From: Catajapyx aquilonaris
Taxonomy: Eukaryota
DNA: 42,750 bases
Assembly: GCA_000934665.2 (NCBI GenBank)
Contig: KZ538197.1
Span: 62,001 to 104,750, forward strand
Direction of reading: 5' to 3'
A model generated the notes under the pieces. It searched no databases. It saw only the letters and a list, made by a program, of their open reading frames with translations, and was not told the origin of the DNA. Below, piece after piece: positions 1 to 13,132 of the stretch. Both the position numbers and the translations under genes were made by a program. Each line of letters begins with the position of its first letter. The first letter of the stretch is position 1.

Positions 1-95
1 CGATACTTTAATAATACTGTGTATTTCTTACGCGGTAGATCTGCAGCACAATCGAGCTTACAGCAGTTATTCTATCTAAAGAATCCAGTACCCTA

Positions 96-120
96 AACAA
101 CAACAACAACAACAACAACA
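96..120. repeat. (AAC)8 microsatellite
   Basis: Direct reading. Confidence 0.95.
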
Positions 121-2265
121 TTTCATTGAAAAATATAAACTAATGCAGGATGTCCAACGTAGGCCTAACGAACTTCGCTTATAGCGAACCCCTGGCCATC
201 CCCCATTTGCGTTCCCGTAGGTATTATTGTATTCAAAGCTAGGCTTTGGTATAGCCACTCAATTCACCCCACACACTCCTCATCGCTGGCCCATGTCATG
301 AGCTCTCGATCACAACATGTCACCACCATCCTCGATGACATGCTGATTCCACCACCAATCTACCACACTTCACGCCAACCCCCAGGGTTGCAGGCCTTCA
401 TATGAAAAGGTACGTTACACAGTCTGCATACCAACTCGCTCATGATGGTTACAAGTTTATTTGAACATTAATTATTCGATGCAACTTATTCAACCTTGAT
501 TTTATATAGCGACGTTAACTCGAAATTGAACATGTTGATTTCCTTGGCATCATCAATATTGACTCAGATGAAAATAGAGCTGTCATTTAATCATGACTCT
601 GCAAAATTTGGATATTGATATTGGTATGACTTAATACATTGATAATAACGAAAACAGTATAGTTGCATAGGCTTGGAACTTTCTCTCCGTGACCCCTTCG
701 AGCATGTATGCACATTACCCCCCTGAAGCCTGCAGCCCCTCCCTCCCGCCTCCGTGTCCAAACGATTGTCACAGAGGGTGCGACCACTCCCCATGTCCTC
801 CATCTCTGCCATCTCGCACGACAAAGACCACACATATCCATCCATTGTCAATTCACGGATGGCTGCCGTTTCCAAACATAATCCCCACCCCCCTCATTAT
901 TGGCCCCTCCTGCCATGGAATTTCCGACACAATTACCGTGGCCCAACCAGTTATCACTCAGCAACAAATGCATTTGAACACATATAATTCATCTTCTGTT
1001 TTAATAAACGCAACTGTCGCCTGCAGTACGACGTATTGAATCTGGTTTGATAAAAATCAGTTTCATCAATATCATGTCACCATATTTCCTCTTCCTCTTC
1101 TTATATAGTTGCGCTCAGGCTGGCGCAACACGACACTATTTCTATCATAGAAATATAGTCCTTTAGAACAAGAATGGAATATGTACCCTATAAGCGCTGA
1201 TCATTGCACCTGTACCGATGCTGTCCACCACGGGACATTACCTTAAATGCGTAAATAAATAAATTCAATAACCGCGTAGGGCTAGAGGTTGCAATAAGTG
1301 TCCAGTGGAAAAACAGCGTGAGCCGCCGAGTAAAATTGTGAGTGAAGCTAGGCACAGGTCAAATCCAAAAGAGCAGCGCTGAAACAGAGACGTCCACTCC
1401 TCATTCCACGTGTCAAGCTCACGCCAGTCTTACTACACTCTGCATAAAGTGCTCCGCTGGTGGCCGATGTTAGATTACACTATAAACCACCCCCACAGTT
1501 TCAACATGCTCAGCAGCCCAGTAATCCCGCCCCAATTTACAGCATCGGTTGGTCAACAATCGTGATGCCCCCTTGGTGTGACAACCTTTTCATATTTTTT
1601 TTTCCTGACAGAAGAGAATATAAACAAAATTTGTGTCATAAAGTCCGTCTATATGAAGCGTTTCTATTTGCATGCCAGTGGAGAATCTCAATTCCAGACG
1701 ATTTAGTGTGTGCGGCTCCTCCCAGCCAACCCCCTCAAGAGCGGATTGTTGGGAGGAAGGGCGTGGGACCCCTGGGACACAACAAGAGAAATATGCATTC
1801 TTTCCCAGGCCTCAATTTGCATTATTTTCATTCATTGCTGTGAGAAGGAGGTAAAAAGCTTGGGTTTCTTCCCCCATCCGGGGCCCAAACGGGGAAGGAG
1901 GTCAACTGATTTATGATCAACACTCATCATTTTCCATCCCTCCATTTATGCAGCCAGAGCCTCCAAATTTTTCATCTACCTTTGTACATGCTCAAGCCTC
2001 TGTTGTCTGGTGTGATTTTTTGGACTAGAGTATGATTTGAACTTTCGAGGGTTGTTTCAAAATTTCCTCTCATGAGCGGCCAATTTATGGAGGTGACAAG
2101 ATTTTCTGGGAGAGAAAGATATTCACTTCACCTGCTGGAGATAGATGCTTAAGCTAGTCCAAAGTTCTTCTTGAGTTAACATGATTTTTCTTCAAAAAAG
2201 CCAATGTCTTTAGAAAATCCAAATGCAGATAAGCAGACGTGGTAGAATCTTGATATGACTATATA

Positions 2266-2703
2266 CAGGGTGTATCAAAACTCTACCGTAAGCCATATGC
2301 CAATGGCGTAATGGTCAGTAGATGATCATATACAGTATCGGAATCATAGGCCTGGGCCGCCGCATGACCGAGATAATTGACCTCAACCAATAGGTATAAA
2401 ATATCCTGGCAGGTATGCAAACCTTCAGCCGCCAATCGCATCACAGGTGAAGGTCGCAGCTATTTTCTGGGGGGCTACTGCTACACTGCTATTGGGGTAG
2501 TCACTAAGGGCTCTTAGAATGCAGTTCCCCCCAGATGCACTGCTATTCTACAATCACGCTTAAGCGCAATCGCTACTTCGCAAATGATCAATTATCTACG
2601 TAATGTGGCTGCCTAGAGATGATGACCCCTCTACATATAATGATGCTCTGGTGCCCCTTATGCCATTGGTACATGGCTTACGGTAGAGTTTTGATACACC
2701 CTG
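2266..2703. mobile_element. Tc1/mariner-type MITE (438 bp), CAGGGTGTATC termini
   Basis: TIR CAGGGTGTATCAAAACTCTACCGTAAGCCAT is perfect for 31 bp and continues with mismatches; TATA on both flanks; no ORF. Confidence 0.9.
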
Positions 2704-5700
2704 TATAGAGGCGAATTTCAAAATTTCAACATTCGTTTGGTAAATTCATTCAGATCTGGTTAGCAGGGTTTACCAGATGTTGGTAAATGCACCAAGTGCA
2801 AACATATCTTGAGGTAACTACCTCAATAAATAAAATACGTAAATATATCATTTATATGTATTTTTTTCTGCACTGTTCTATTATAATGAAAATTGTCAGA
2901 AGCAGCAAGCCTTTTCTGCACGTCAGGTTATAACACTGCAATTTCTTAACTGAAGCAGCATTTTTGAAGTGTATAAAATTGTGCCAGACGGTGGCATACA
3001 CTTTAACAAGCATGCTATACAAAGTAACAAAAGTTTCCCTACTATACCACCCTATTGTCCTCACGTTGCAACGTCAAGCATGCAGAAAACGGCCACAAAA
3101 CCGCGACACATATGGCAGCGATTCCGTCACGTTCACAGTGTGGCGTCCAACCTGATCCTAATCAAAATGCACCTTTTGCTACACCTTGTACATCAACCTG
3201 CATGTCCAGACAGCCAGTCTGGGTGTCCCACCTGGACCAGCAGACACGCAGTCTACGGACCTTCAAGCGCAAGTCTCCAAGAGCCAAATAAGGACTCTAG
3301 CAATGTCGCACCTTCAAAAACAGGTCTGGTCAAAACGACCCTCGTTTTCTGAATCCTAGCTACCCAAAATGTAGCACTTTTACCCACACCTTGTAACGAA
3401 GAAATTGAAGGCAAAAAAAAACACACACACAGAAAGAGGATGACAGAAAAAAAAGACATGCTGCTCAAGAATTTCCTGTTTGAAACTATGGAGGCAGGAT
3501 AATATTTTACGCGGCCGAGTAGTAGGAAGAGCTGCTTCTTCTTTTCTTCGGAGCCACCTGGGACTCGAGTCGTTGTAAAAATTACCTCACACGCCATTAT
3601 TTGAGCGTTTCCAGTTTTTGGAAGCGCGCAGATGCAACAACACTGTGAAAATGGCGGCCAAAGCCTCACACCCACGCCCACCCAATCAACTGCTATTCCA
3701 CTGGACTGCAAGTATTATATGTTGTTCTTCACGAAGTCATTCGTCTTCTTTCTGTGCGTCGTAAATCTCTTAAAGGTCGTTGCTCCGGGCGTACCATTCA
3801 TTTACACTTCATTTTTTTGCGTCTGTGTCATTCCCTTGTCGTTCCCCTTATTTTGCTCGATTTGGGTTTCTTTTGCCACCTCTTCTCATAAGAACCGTAA
3901 TTCGCTTTTTTCATATTATTATTCTGCAATTAACTTGGCTTTGTGCCCACCTTCTTCCTGTTGCACTTTTTTGATACATTTTACCTGCTCCAGGTAATTT
4001 TACAGGCGCCATATTTGAATAGGCGCCTAATGCTGAATAGGACCCGTTATACTGTAATGATACGATTGCCGTTAATCTACAACAAAAGTCTGCAAACACG
4101 GAGGATTAAGGCGGCATAGCTCGTAAGTCATTGTCACAAAATGAGCGAGACATTTATTTGACCTAACGGAATCTTCAACTTTGCGAGGATTGCACGAGAC
4201 ACCTAATATATGAAAACGGGCGCGGGTGACGAGTTGGCTACTTTCACGCGGATTGCACTGTTATTAATTTGTACTGATATGCAATGAGTCATACTGTAAT
4301 TAAAAGCGGCGGGTGTATTTTTGGTGTATCCTTCTTGGCAGTCGTCCCAACTCATGCATGCGTTTGCAGTCTCATATCATGAAACCTGCATAAAATGCCA
4401 AATGATGCGAAGAGTCTGCAATATTCACATCATGATCCTAACATCGACGCGTTGATACCACCGGTCAGAAGGTAGATGTATAGTTCATGTCTCGCGCTTG
4501 GGTAAAATATCGGGAAAAAACAGACCTCATCCTCTTGCCAGGTGAGTTTGTTTCGCTAACATGCAGTATGTGTCAGGACTGCAGCATTATACATCTTTCC
4601 TAAGAAGTTCCGTGAGAGTTGTCTGGCACTACCACCGCAAACGGGATTCCCTCCCCCATCAACCACCCAACGCTGTTTGTTACCAATTCCACAGGAGAAC
4701 TGGAGGAATTAAGGTTTCACCAGTGCGCTACCTCAGGTCCATCGTCTTGCGGGCTCTGAATGCGTGCATGGCGAGGGCTTTTAATTATCTGAAGGTCTAC
4801 AGAGGACTATGACTCCGGCTCATCTGCAAGCTCTTGCTGCTGATTGGGCAAAGCAAGTTGGGGACTAGACTAACCTTGATCAGCGAATCGACATGATGAC
4901 TGTGCGTCACTTGCTGACTCCTGTTACCTACATACCAAGGACAGATCTTTGAACCTGATTTTTTGTTGTCGAAATCATAAAACTCGCGGTTTAAATGGCT
5001 CAGGATCCTGCTCGATTCTTACGGTTTGACAGTAAGAGTGAGAGGTCCTCTGGTTGAGATGGAAATGTGGCCTAGTTACACTTGGAGGTCAGGCAGGTTG
5101 CTGTTCCATACACCATTTGAGTCCATCGTGGCCCGCCTTTGTAATTGTCACACACTTTAAGCGAAATGGTACTCAACTGAGAAGTGAACTCACGCTGGGA
5201 AGTAAATTGGTGAAATTCACCTAAGGAAGAGCACTAACTTGTGCACTCCTAATGGTCCTACGTGTAAATGAATATATTGCCATTTAAACATTGAGTGAAG
5301 ATTAAATGATCATTTGAAGCAGTAAAAGTCACTCATTTAGACGTGTCAAATTCAAGAAGCTTAAATAAAAATTCCTCCACACTGTATATGTAGCCTACCT
5401 GAGAGTATGTTCCCTTCCAATTTTCTCTTACATAATTTATGTGTGGTTTGCCCCATCCCAGACGGAGCCAGTACTACTCCATATCTTTTCCGTTTAATCG
5501 ATCAGTCCTTATCTCTGCAGTCTTCATCAATCCTTCAGCAGCCCGGTGTATATCATGACTGAATAATGCTTTAGTTGCATCTAGCAGGTACAGTGGACCT
5601 GCGATGCCGATACGAGCATACCATGCGGGTCAAAAGCGTGCAGGTTGGACGTCACCGGCTCCCCAATTCGTATGATAAGTGAAAAATTCCAGCAAGGAGG

Positions 5701-6442
5701 GGGCTTGATTGTTACCGGTTTTCTCGCAGAAAAATTCCATCGTGAATCCGGCGGAGTGCACGTGTTCGCATTACACGTGAACGGAGATTGCACTTATTTC
5801 GTCAAAAGAGACCACGCCTGCAGCAGCCTTCGCAGGTGCGCGTCACTCATTGAAATTCAAAGAGCAGCTTCTGGCTCCTTTTGTGATCGGCAATAATTGT
5901 CATTTACCATCCGCACCCCCCAAGGTGAGCTCCCTTTTGTTGAGAATTTTCAAGGATTCCTGGAAAGAAAAATTCCAAGACCCACCCTCTCGTAATTAGC
6001 CCGATCACGTGAAGCTCCAAAATAAAGTATCCCAAAGGCCCTAGAAAAAGACAGGTAGCGAACACATTACTTCTGAAATCGGCCCTGCAACCCCGGGGCC
6101 AACTACCGGAGGCTGGCCGGTGACTTCAGCAGGCATCCCCGCGGACTACTCCCGGCAACACGAACAAGGCGGAGGGATACACGCTGTTGTTATCTCCCCA
6201 AGCCCCAATTCGGAGCGCGTTGCAGCTTCGGGGCCCGCCCAAATGGTTACATTCGATTCTGACCAGAAGCGATGCCAGCCAAAAGTCCCCTCCATTAACC
6301 GATCCCGCCGCGTTTTGAGTGATGGCCAAATGAGGCTTGCATGTGGCTTCGACTCGGCCTCTCTTCCATTTGCCTGCTCCCTGCTGAGTCTTAGCAAGAC
6401 TACGTGCTGAGCTTCAACCCAAGCTCAAGATGAAGACCCGGC

Positions 6443-6484
6443 GAAGAAGAAGAAGAAGGAGGCGGAGGAGAAGGAGGAGGAGGA
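6443..6484. repeat. (GAA)/(GGA) purine-rich trinucleotide tract
   Basis: Direct reading. Confidence 0.85.
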
Positions 6485-9400
6485 ATCAATTTGAGGGGTT
6501 GCGCTCCGGACCTAAATAGCCCGCTTGGCCTCTCACATTTCGACGCGGCTTCTAGTACATCTATTATGGCATTAGCTTGGTATGTCGGGGTCCTGTATCG
6601 GTAGTTTCAGAGAGATGTTCTCAGAGATGGCCAGGAGCGAAGATTCGGGGCACTCGTTGCGGAAGTACCATGAGAAAGTCATATTATGGAATCGTCAGTC
6701 CACAGCTGGGATTCACAGTCAGGGCTAATAATACAGTCTAACCTGTCTTGAATATAGCGGAAACTTGGCTTGGGCGGAAAATTGTAGTTCTTCGGGGATA
6801 TGACAGCTGTTTCTCAGGAGAGTCGAATAACGGACCCAATCTTCGCTATGCGCAAACCTTATAATAGAATCTATTGCTTATCAGCAATATCACACTGCGA
6901 GTTGCATAAGTGAACAAATCCTGGTCATGTAACTTTTAAAAAAAAACACAAACATAAAAGCTTCTCTCCTGTCACTGTACAGTTAGACGAATCTCGCATG
7001 ATAGAAATGACCTTTCCACCCAACGGTGATAGAATTCACGACACGTCCTTTCATCCTCTTTTTTTTCCTCCCCTAGTCCCCTTTGCAACATATTGCAAAC
7101 AACTGCTAGTATTCCATGACTGACTGCTAATTGCACAATTTCTCCCACATTCTATTAAGGTATTCATAAATAATGCATTTGGCATTCTGATTTCCCAGGT
7201 GGACACGTGTACCTTCACTTTACTGACATCCTTCACAGGACAGTCGAAATAGTGCACAGACGATTTATTCCGCGAAAATTGTAAAAGGATGCGGGGTCAT
7301 AGAAAGTGTCCTCCTTCCCTCCACGGATTGCATGCATCAGCCCAGATATCAATTCAGAAAGGACAAGACTTTTACCTGTCTCCCCTAAATGCCTTTTCCG
7401 TGTGTGAGTTTGCATATCCGGTAATAACTTACTGCCAAAAACGTCAAGCCCCTCTTTCAGTACAACGGATATACACCGGGTGGCACCCACGTCAGCGACT
7501 TAAACTCGGCAATCCCTCCGTGGAAGCCATGTTGACAGAACCTCGTGTCCTGTCAGCAACGTTCTTCGCTTTTCGAATTCCAACCACTGACAGACTCAAT
7601 CCGCAAACTAACCGCAGTTGCCAAAACCCCGTGCTTCCGGTTGCGGTTGCTCAAAACCTCAGTCCCAATCGACTTCAAAAATTCGGCCTGGAGCTAATTG
7701 GGATGGATCCCAAGCTGACTTGTTGTTCCAGATGCCCTTGCCCAAAATTCCGGCCATGCCCTCTGTCAGTTGCCCATCAGTTTTGTATTTTCGGATGCGG
7801 TTCCGGGGTTACCGGACCACACAACACTCAGCCAAAGTCCCGCAAGTCCCCAAAACACACCCATCAAACGATGACATCATACGGTCAATTATTATTTGAA
7901 TAATAAATGCAAGGTGTGCATCTCTCTTTTTTTTTGGTATGCTAAGAATTGTGGCTATCCGGCTGGCTGGCTTGGCTGCTGCAACTAGCTGGAGGTCCCT
8001 GGAGCTGTTTTCCCACGCCTCTTCCCCTGTGGCATACTTACAAGTGCAACCAAGGGCACTCACACTCACTCCGAGAGACCCGGGGCCCCATACTCATGGC
8101 CCCATTTGCGTACTGCTGCCACTGGGACCAGATTTCTGCATCTTCCGTCACCTGCGGGACACTACTTAACCGACATTTTTTTAACGACTAGAAGATCGAG
8201 TTCTTAGAATGCACTAAGAAATTGGTGCTCATTATGGCACGAGTGGGGCAGGTCAAAGGGCATGAGTTCGATCCTCGTGCCATGTGGATTTTCTGGGAGT
8301 TCATCTTAACGCTAGTGTGCCAAGTTCAAATATTTCATATGAGGCCGCCGCCCAATTACTACAGTATTTATATTATTATATTAACACCATATTTTACGGG
8401 CCTGGAAATGAATATTTTAGTTGTGGTAGCCTATAGAAAGACCGTTTGGGTTCAAATGTGAGGGGAAAGCTACGGTTAAAAAATTGCAATAATTAGTTAT
8501 AGCGCAGAAGCAATTTGGCAAAAGAGAAACGAAGTTCTTTATTAAAAGCACTTTCCAGCCAATTGAAGAAAACTTTCGCGGCACTTCAAAGAAAACACAT
8601 ATAACTGTTATCCGATCAAATGCCAAAAGACCATACAGTTGCCCTAAGCCCAACCTCTTAAACAAAAGCCGGTGCATCCCTTCACAGAGACACCCGTGAC
8701 CTTGACCGGGTCAAGGCCAATCTAACAAAGGTCGCAGAGTGATTTACTCGCCCGACCCATCTAGCAATCCCGAATCCAAATCACTCCTAAGCCGACGACT
8801 CCTGCAGTTACATACATTACCAACTTTCGCAAGGGGTCAGCGACTGCGGGTTAATCCTCTCATCAACTGTCCTTAACTCCACATTATTGCCCAAACATGT
8901 TTGCACTGCCATCGTATTTTATCAGCCAGCTATCTTTCTCTCTAACGCGGGGATTATCTCCAAATTTTGGCAACATTTTCATGTTCAGAACAAGCGCCAT
9001 TAGCGTCTCTTCCCTTCTGATTTCCTCGGTCCTCTCGACCGGGGCAGGCCAATTGTCCCTGGCAACAAGTTGTCAGCCTAGGAGACAAGTCCTGCTAACA
9101 ATTGGTTAGGGAGGACCGACGCTTATTATTACCGAGGGGAGGAGGGAAAAATTTTTCCTGCCTTTGATCTCATTTGGAACGATGACTCTGAAACAAGTGA
9201 CAAGATATGCCAGTCATGGGCCCCTGCGCTGCGTTTTCTTACAATCTGTTTTTTGTGACTGATGCTATTTCACTCGGATCTGGATCTGACTTTGGGGTTC
9301 GGATTTAAGTGACACTAGTGGGGATATGCTGTCCTTCATGGATGCAACGATGAAGATTAGTGTAGCATTACGAAAGACATTTTATCCAACCGTATGTAGG

Positions 9401-11888
9401 GGTGTATAGCATATGAATTGCATTATTTTGATAGGTAATAGCATTCTGTTAGTCACGTGGTCCTAATCAAGCAATCATGCAATGGTTTGCATCCGAATCT
9501 GCTCTCTGTCACTAGATGAGTCGGATCGTGTGACTAACAAGGTTGCCGCACTTACCTGTCAAACGGCACGCCTACAATGATAGCCCACACTGAATCAGAG
9601 TAATTGATATTCTGGTACTATTCCTCACTCCACCTTTATGCTGATTGGCCCGTGTCAAGTGAGTTAAAAGTGGCGGCTCGACCTCAAAGAATATTTTGAA
9701 AAAACAACACGAAGATATACCCAATGTGCATTTTTTTTTTAAATGATGCAAAGGCAAGACATGATGTCAAAACTGATGATTCAGAATTTTGCAACAATGC
9801 TCACGGCGGACATAACAGCGGTATGACCAAGTGACATTTCTACAAAAAGTGATCTTGTCGTACAGGGAATTCAGCCTCGAAGTTTGAGTCATTATAAACA
9901 TTCTCTATATTCAGCATCCATCACGTAGGTGGTCTTCGTATCATTGCCAAAAATCTACGACTTGAGCTCGCATAATTACGCCCATCTTTTAATGTGGACA
10001 GCTGAAAAATTAGTCTACACAGATTGAATGCAGGAGGGGCAGCTTTTCATCACAGAGTACGGGAGAAAAATCATCTTGCCAAATTATTAGGTAATTGGTT
10101 CGTTATTTGCGACAAAGATGTTACTGGCGAGCCCACGCATCTGAGGGATTGCCCTTGTGACAAAGTTAGGGGCTGTTTATCTGACTGGAAAAGTTGTCAT
10201 TAGCAGTACTTGTGAACGCTGCCTACGTTCATCACGCGCTGTAAATCTCGAATCAGGACATGCCATGATTTAAGTACCATAAATGCACACCCAAATTGCG
10301 CACTTTTGGTGTGGCTAATGCCTTGGGAGAAATGTCGAGTCAGAAAAAATATTCATGGGAGGCGTGACCTTTAGAATGAACTATACTGCACTATCATCAG
10401 TCAGATTCTTGTGCAACACTAAAATTAGTGTAATAAGACGTTGATTTAAAGTGTTGGAAATAAATGTTTTGCTATGGTAGAAATGTAAGAAGTCATTGCA
10501 ATGTCCTTTTTATTTCATGTAACATGATTAGAAACCACTTTCGCAATATTCGCATCAAATGACTGTAGATTGGCTCAATGCTTAATACATAACTAGTTTC
10601 ACTTCAACTATGCCAGAACTACATGCCAGTAACTAAAAAATCCGGTAATTTCCGTCACATCGCTTCCAAGAAACAGTTTTCCACATTTCCCCTCAAAAGA
10701 TTTTCGCCAACGAGTGTGTTCTCAGAGGCCAGACTTCAACAAAACCAGACATTGTTGACCCACAAGCAAGCCTTCCCATTGCAGGATATCCTCTTGTTAG
10801 AAAGCGAGGAGGGACCCTAACCTCTTTTCGCACTATGAACTGTCCATCATCTTTAAGTCCCGACCCTTGTCTGCTGGTTGGGGGGTCCCAACTGCATCTT
10901 GTCAAATACCGCCGCCACTTCCCACCCCCCAGAAACTAATAAATAAATAACTATAAAAAAACTGCACGCCTCGGAGAAGTTTGGCACACATTCCTCTGGA
11001 TGTCCAATATTGTTCCACACAAGAGCCAAGTACACCATTCATCTGGGGACTCCTTTGTCACGGGAGCCTGACCTTGAGACTGGCATTCCATAAGATTTCC
11101 CCATCGTCCCCCATTCCCCTCCATCCCCCACCTCTTGCCCATGACGGACCTTCTTGAACAAAACACCATCCCACCCCACCATCTTTTCCACCGAGGAACA
11201 AACTGTTAATTTTCCACCGGCGTCTTTTAAACGATTACCTCCTCCGCCCCCTCAATTTCCACCTCTGGGTTCAACGCAAAACATGTCACACTCCATTTTC
11301 TTTGTCCTTGTTAACACCAGGTTTATTCGAGTGGCGCGCTTCTTTTTTTGGGCCAAGGAGGAAGGCGGAGCACTTAGGCCGTTTTTTTCCGGCTCAGAAA
11401 GAGAGACGATTTTTGACCACATTGGCCATTATTTGACACGCCTAGGTGGGTCCTTCAAACTGCTGGTAATGATGACGATACAAATTCGACCGCGTTCTAG
11501 CTACCACTGTGAACCGTAAAAATGCTGATAAAGCGCGCAATTTGTGTTGAACCTTCTAGATGGCGCTTTCTGGGATCTGCGCGCGCAACTTACAACTTGT
11601 TGAGCGTATTTTACGTTTTTTAACAAATCGGCGCCATCGATGAACTTTACGAAGCCCTAATTTCCCCCGAACACCAGGTCGTATGAACATCATCAGGAAG
11701 TAACCAAGTGAAGATTACATGTTGGTTGTCGGTACCGGTACTTTCAGAAAGCATCTTCCGAACGACTTTCACATTTGTCGAGTAGGTAATTAAACGAAGT
11801 CATTATTTACGAAGCACGTCTTGCACTCACCCCTCCCTCATACAAAGTGGCCAAACTTCACAGTTGTAATTCTCACACGTTCTTTACC

Positions 11889-11889
<1 letters not shown>

Positions 11890-11955
<66 letters not shown>
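11890..11955. repeat. (ATT)22 microsatellite
   Basis: Direct reading. Confidence 0.97.
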
Positions 11956-11956
<1 letters not shown>

Positions 11957-12798
11957 TCCCCTGCGTTTGCAAGGTCAAGTGAAGACACTGATTCCAGGAG
12001 CGTAAGAAAGGTAAAAGAGATTTTCACCTATGAAGCAGACGGCTGGCTAGCTGTGGCTGGCTGGCTAGAGGATTGCGGCATGGTTAGTTACCCCGCCCCC
12101 TGATCACGATCACACCTTTCGTCTACTTCTCCCCTACCTAGCTAGTACCTACCTACCATCCCTTCGACCCTTCCCATCTCTCACACTGGAATTCCGGATT
12201 ACCACCTTCATTCTGGACCGTATATCCCCCACCAAACTTCACTCCACTCTGCCTGGTTCCTCTTGCGGTAATTCCACCTTCATCATCAGGCGGGACCAAT
12301 TATTAGTGGAAGGCTCAGGTTCCTACTGGAGAATTGCGAATTATGGTAAGGGAGTGTCAAAGGAAGGAAAAAGGTGGAGAAGAATGATGAAAGATGGCGA
12401 GGGACTGAACATGGCCACCAGGTGTGGCAAAAAATAGGCAAGGAATGTTGCAAGGGCGAAATTCGTCGCACACAGCTAATTGCGTTTTTTAAAAACACGT
12501 ATAAGACATAAAGCGATCAGTTGTTTATGTCTACTAATGCCTTTGAGTAATTTAAAAACAATTTACTTGAGAGCCGACTAAAACACTTGTACAAGTACTG
12601 TACATGAATAATCAGGACAAGCACTGGTTATGCTTTGACATGTGACATCTAACCTTTTTTTTAGAATTAAGATAGTCACCGGTTTTAAAAATCATTGTAG
12701 TTATAGTCCTCCCAAAATGCCTCGCGACAACATTTTCGGTCAAATAGCACGAAAACTTATATTCATATAATATAATGTAATAATATTATTCCTAATGC

Positions 12799-13132
12799 GG
12801 GAGACGGAGTGGCGCCGCGGTAACGCGCGCGCCCACGGAAGTGAAGGTCCCGGGTTCAATCCCCACCCGGGGTTCCCACCTTCTTTCGTGCAGAGTTGGG
12901 CCATCTCTGGCTTCGTTTCGGGTGGCAATTTCCGATAGACTAAGCCACCCGGGGGATTTCACAAAATGACCACTACTCGACAGCGCACACGCACTTTGCA
13001 CATCCCCTCCTAACAACCTTGGAGCATAATAATAAGATCCTTCTTAACACGCTCCAAAAAATAATTCCGATGGTGGTAATCCACCCCCCATATATGCGCA
13101 ATAGATATGGGGTAATGCAAAAAAAAAAAAAA
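12799..13132 (+). mobile_element. tRNA-derived SINE, full length (334 bp)
   Basis: A-box-like TGGCGCCGCGG (12810), B-box GGTTCAATCCC (12853), poly(A) tail, perfect 14-bp TSD ATTATTCCTAATGC at 12785-12798 and 13133-13146. Confidence 0.92.

Noticed and set aside
1137..1160. TATTTCTA-TCA-TAGAAATA palindrome / CATAGAAATATAG P-like terminus
   Set aside because: Short and AT-rich, with no partner end found.
7289..7903. Longest ORF in the track (204 aa)
   Set aside because: No recognisable domain or splice context; antisense within the Serrate intron; length compatible with chance.
8233..8283. ATGGCACGAG...CTCGTGCCAT hairpin with B-box-like GAGTTCGATCC
   Set aside because: Too short and degenerate to call a tRNA or SINE; no tail or TSD.
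11556..11567. CTAGATGGCGCT CTCF-like motif
   Set aside because: Single partial match, also common inside transposon remnants; no independent support.
12799..12875. tRNA gene
   Set aside because: Has A/B boxes but poor cloverleaf pairing, and continues into a body with poly(A) and a TSD, so it is a SINE head; the same applies at 23066.
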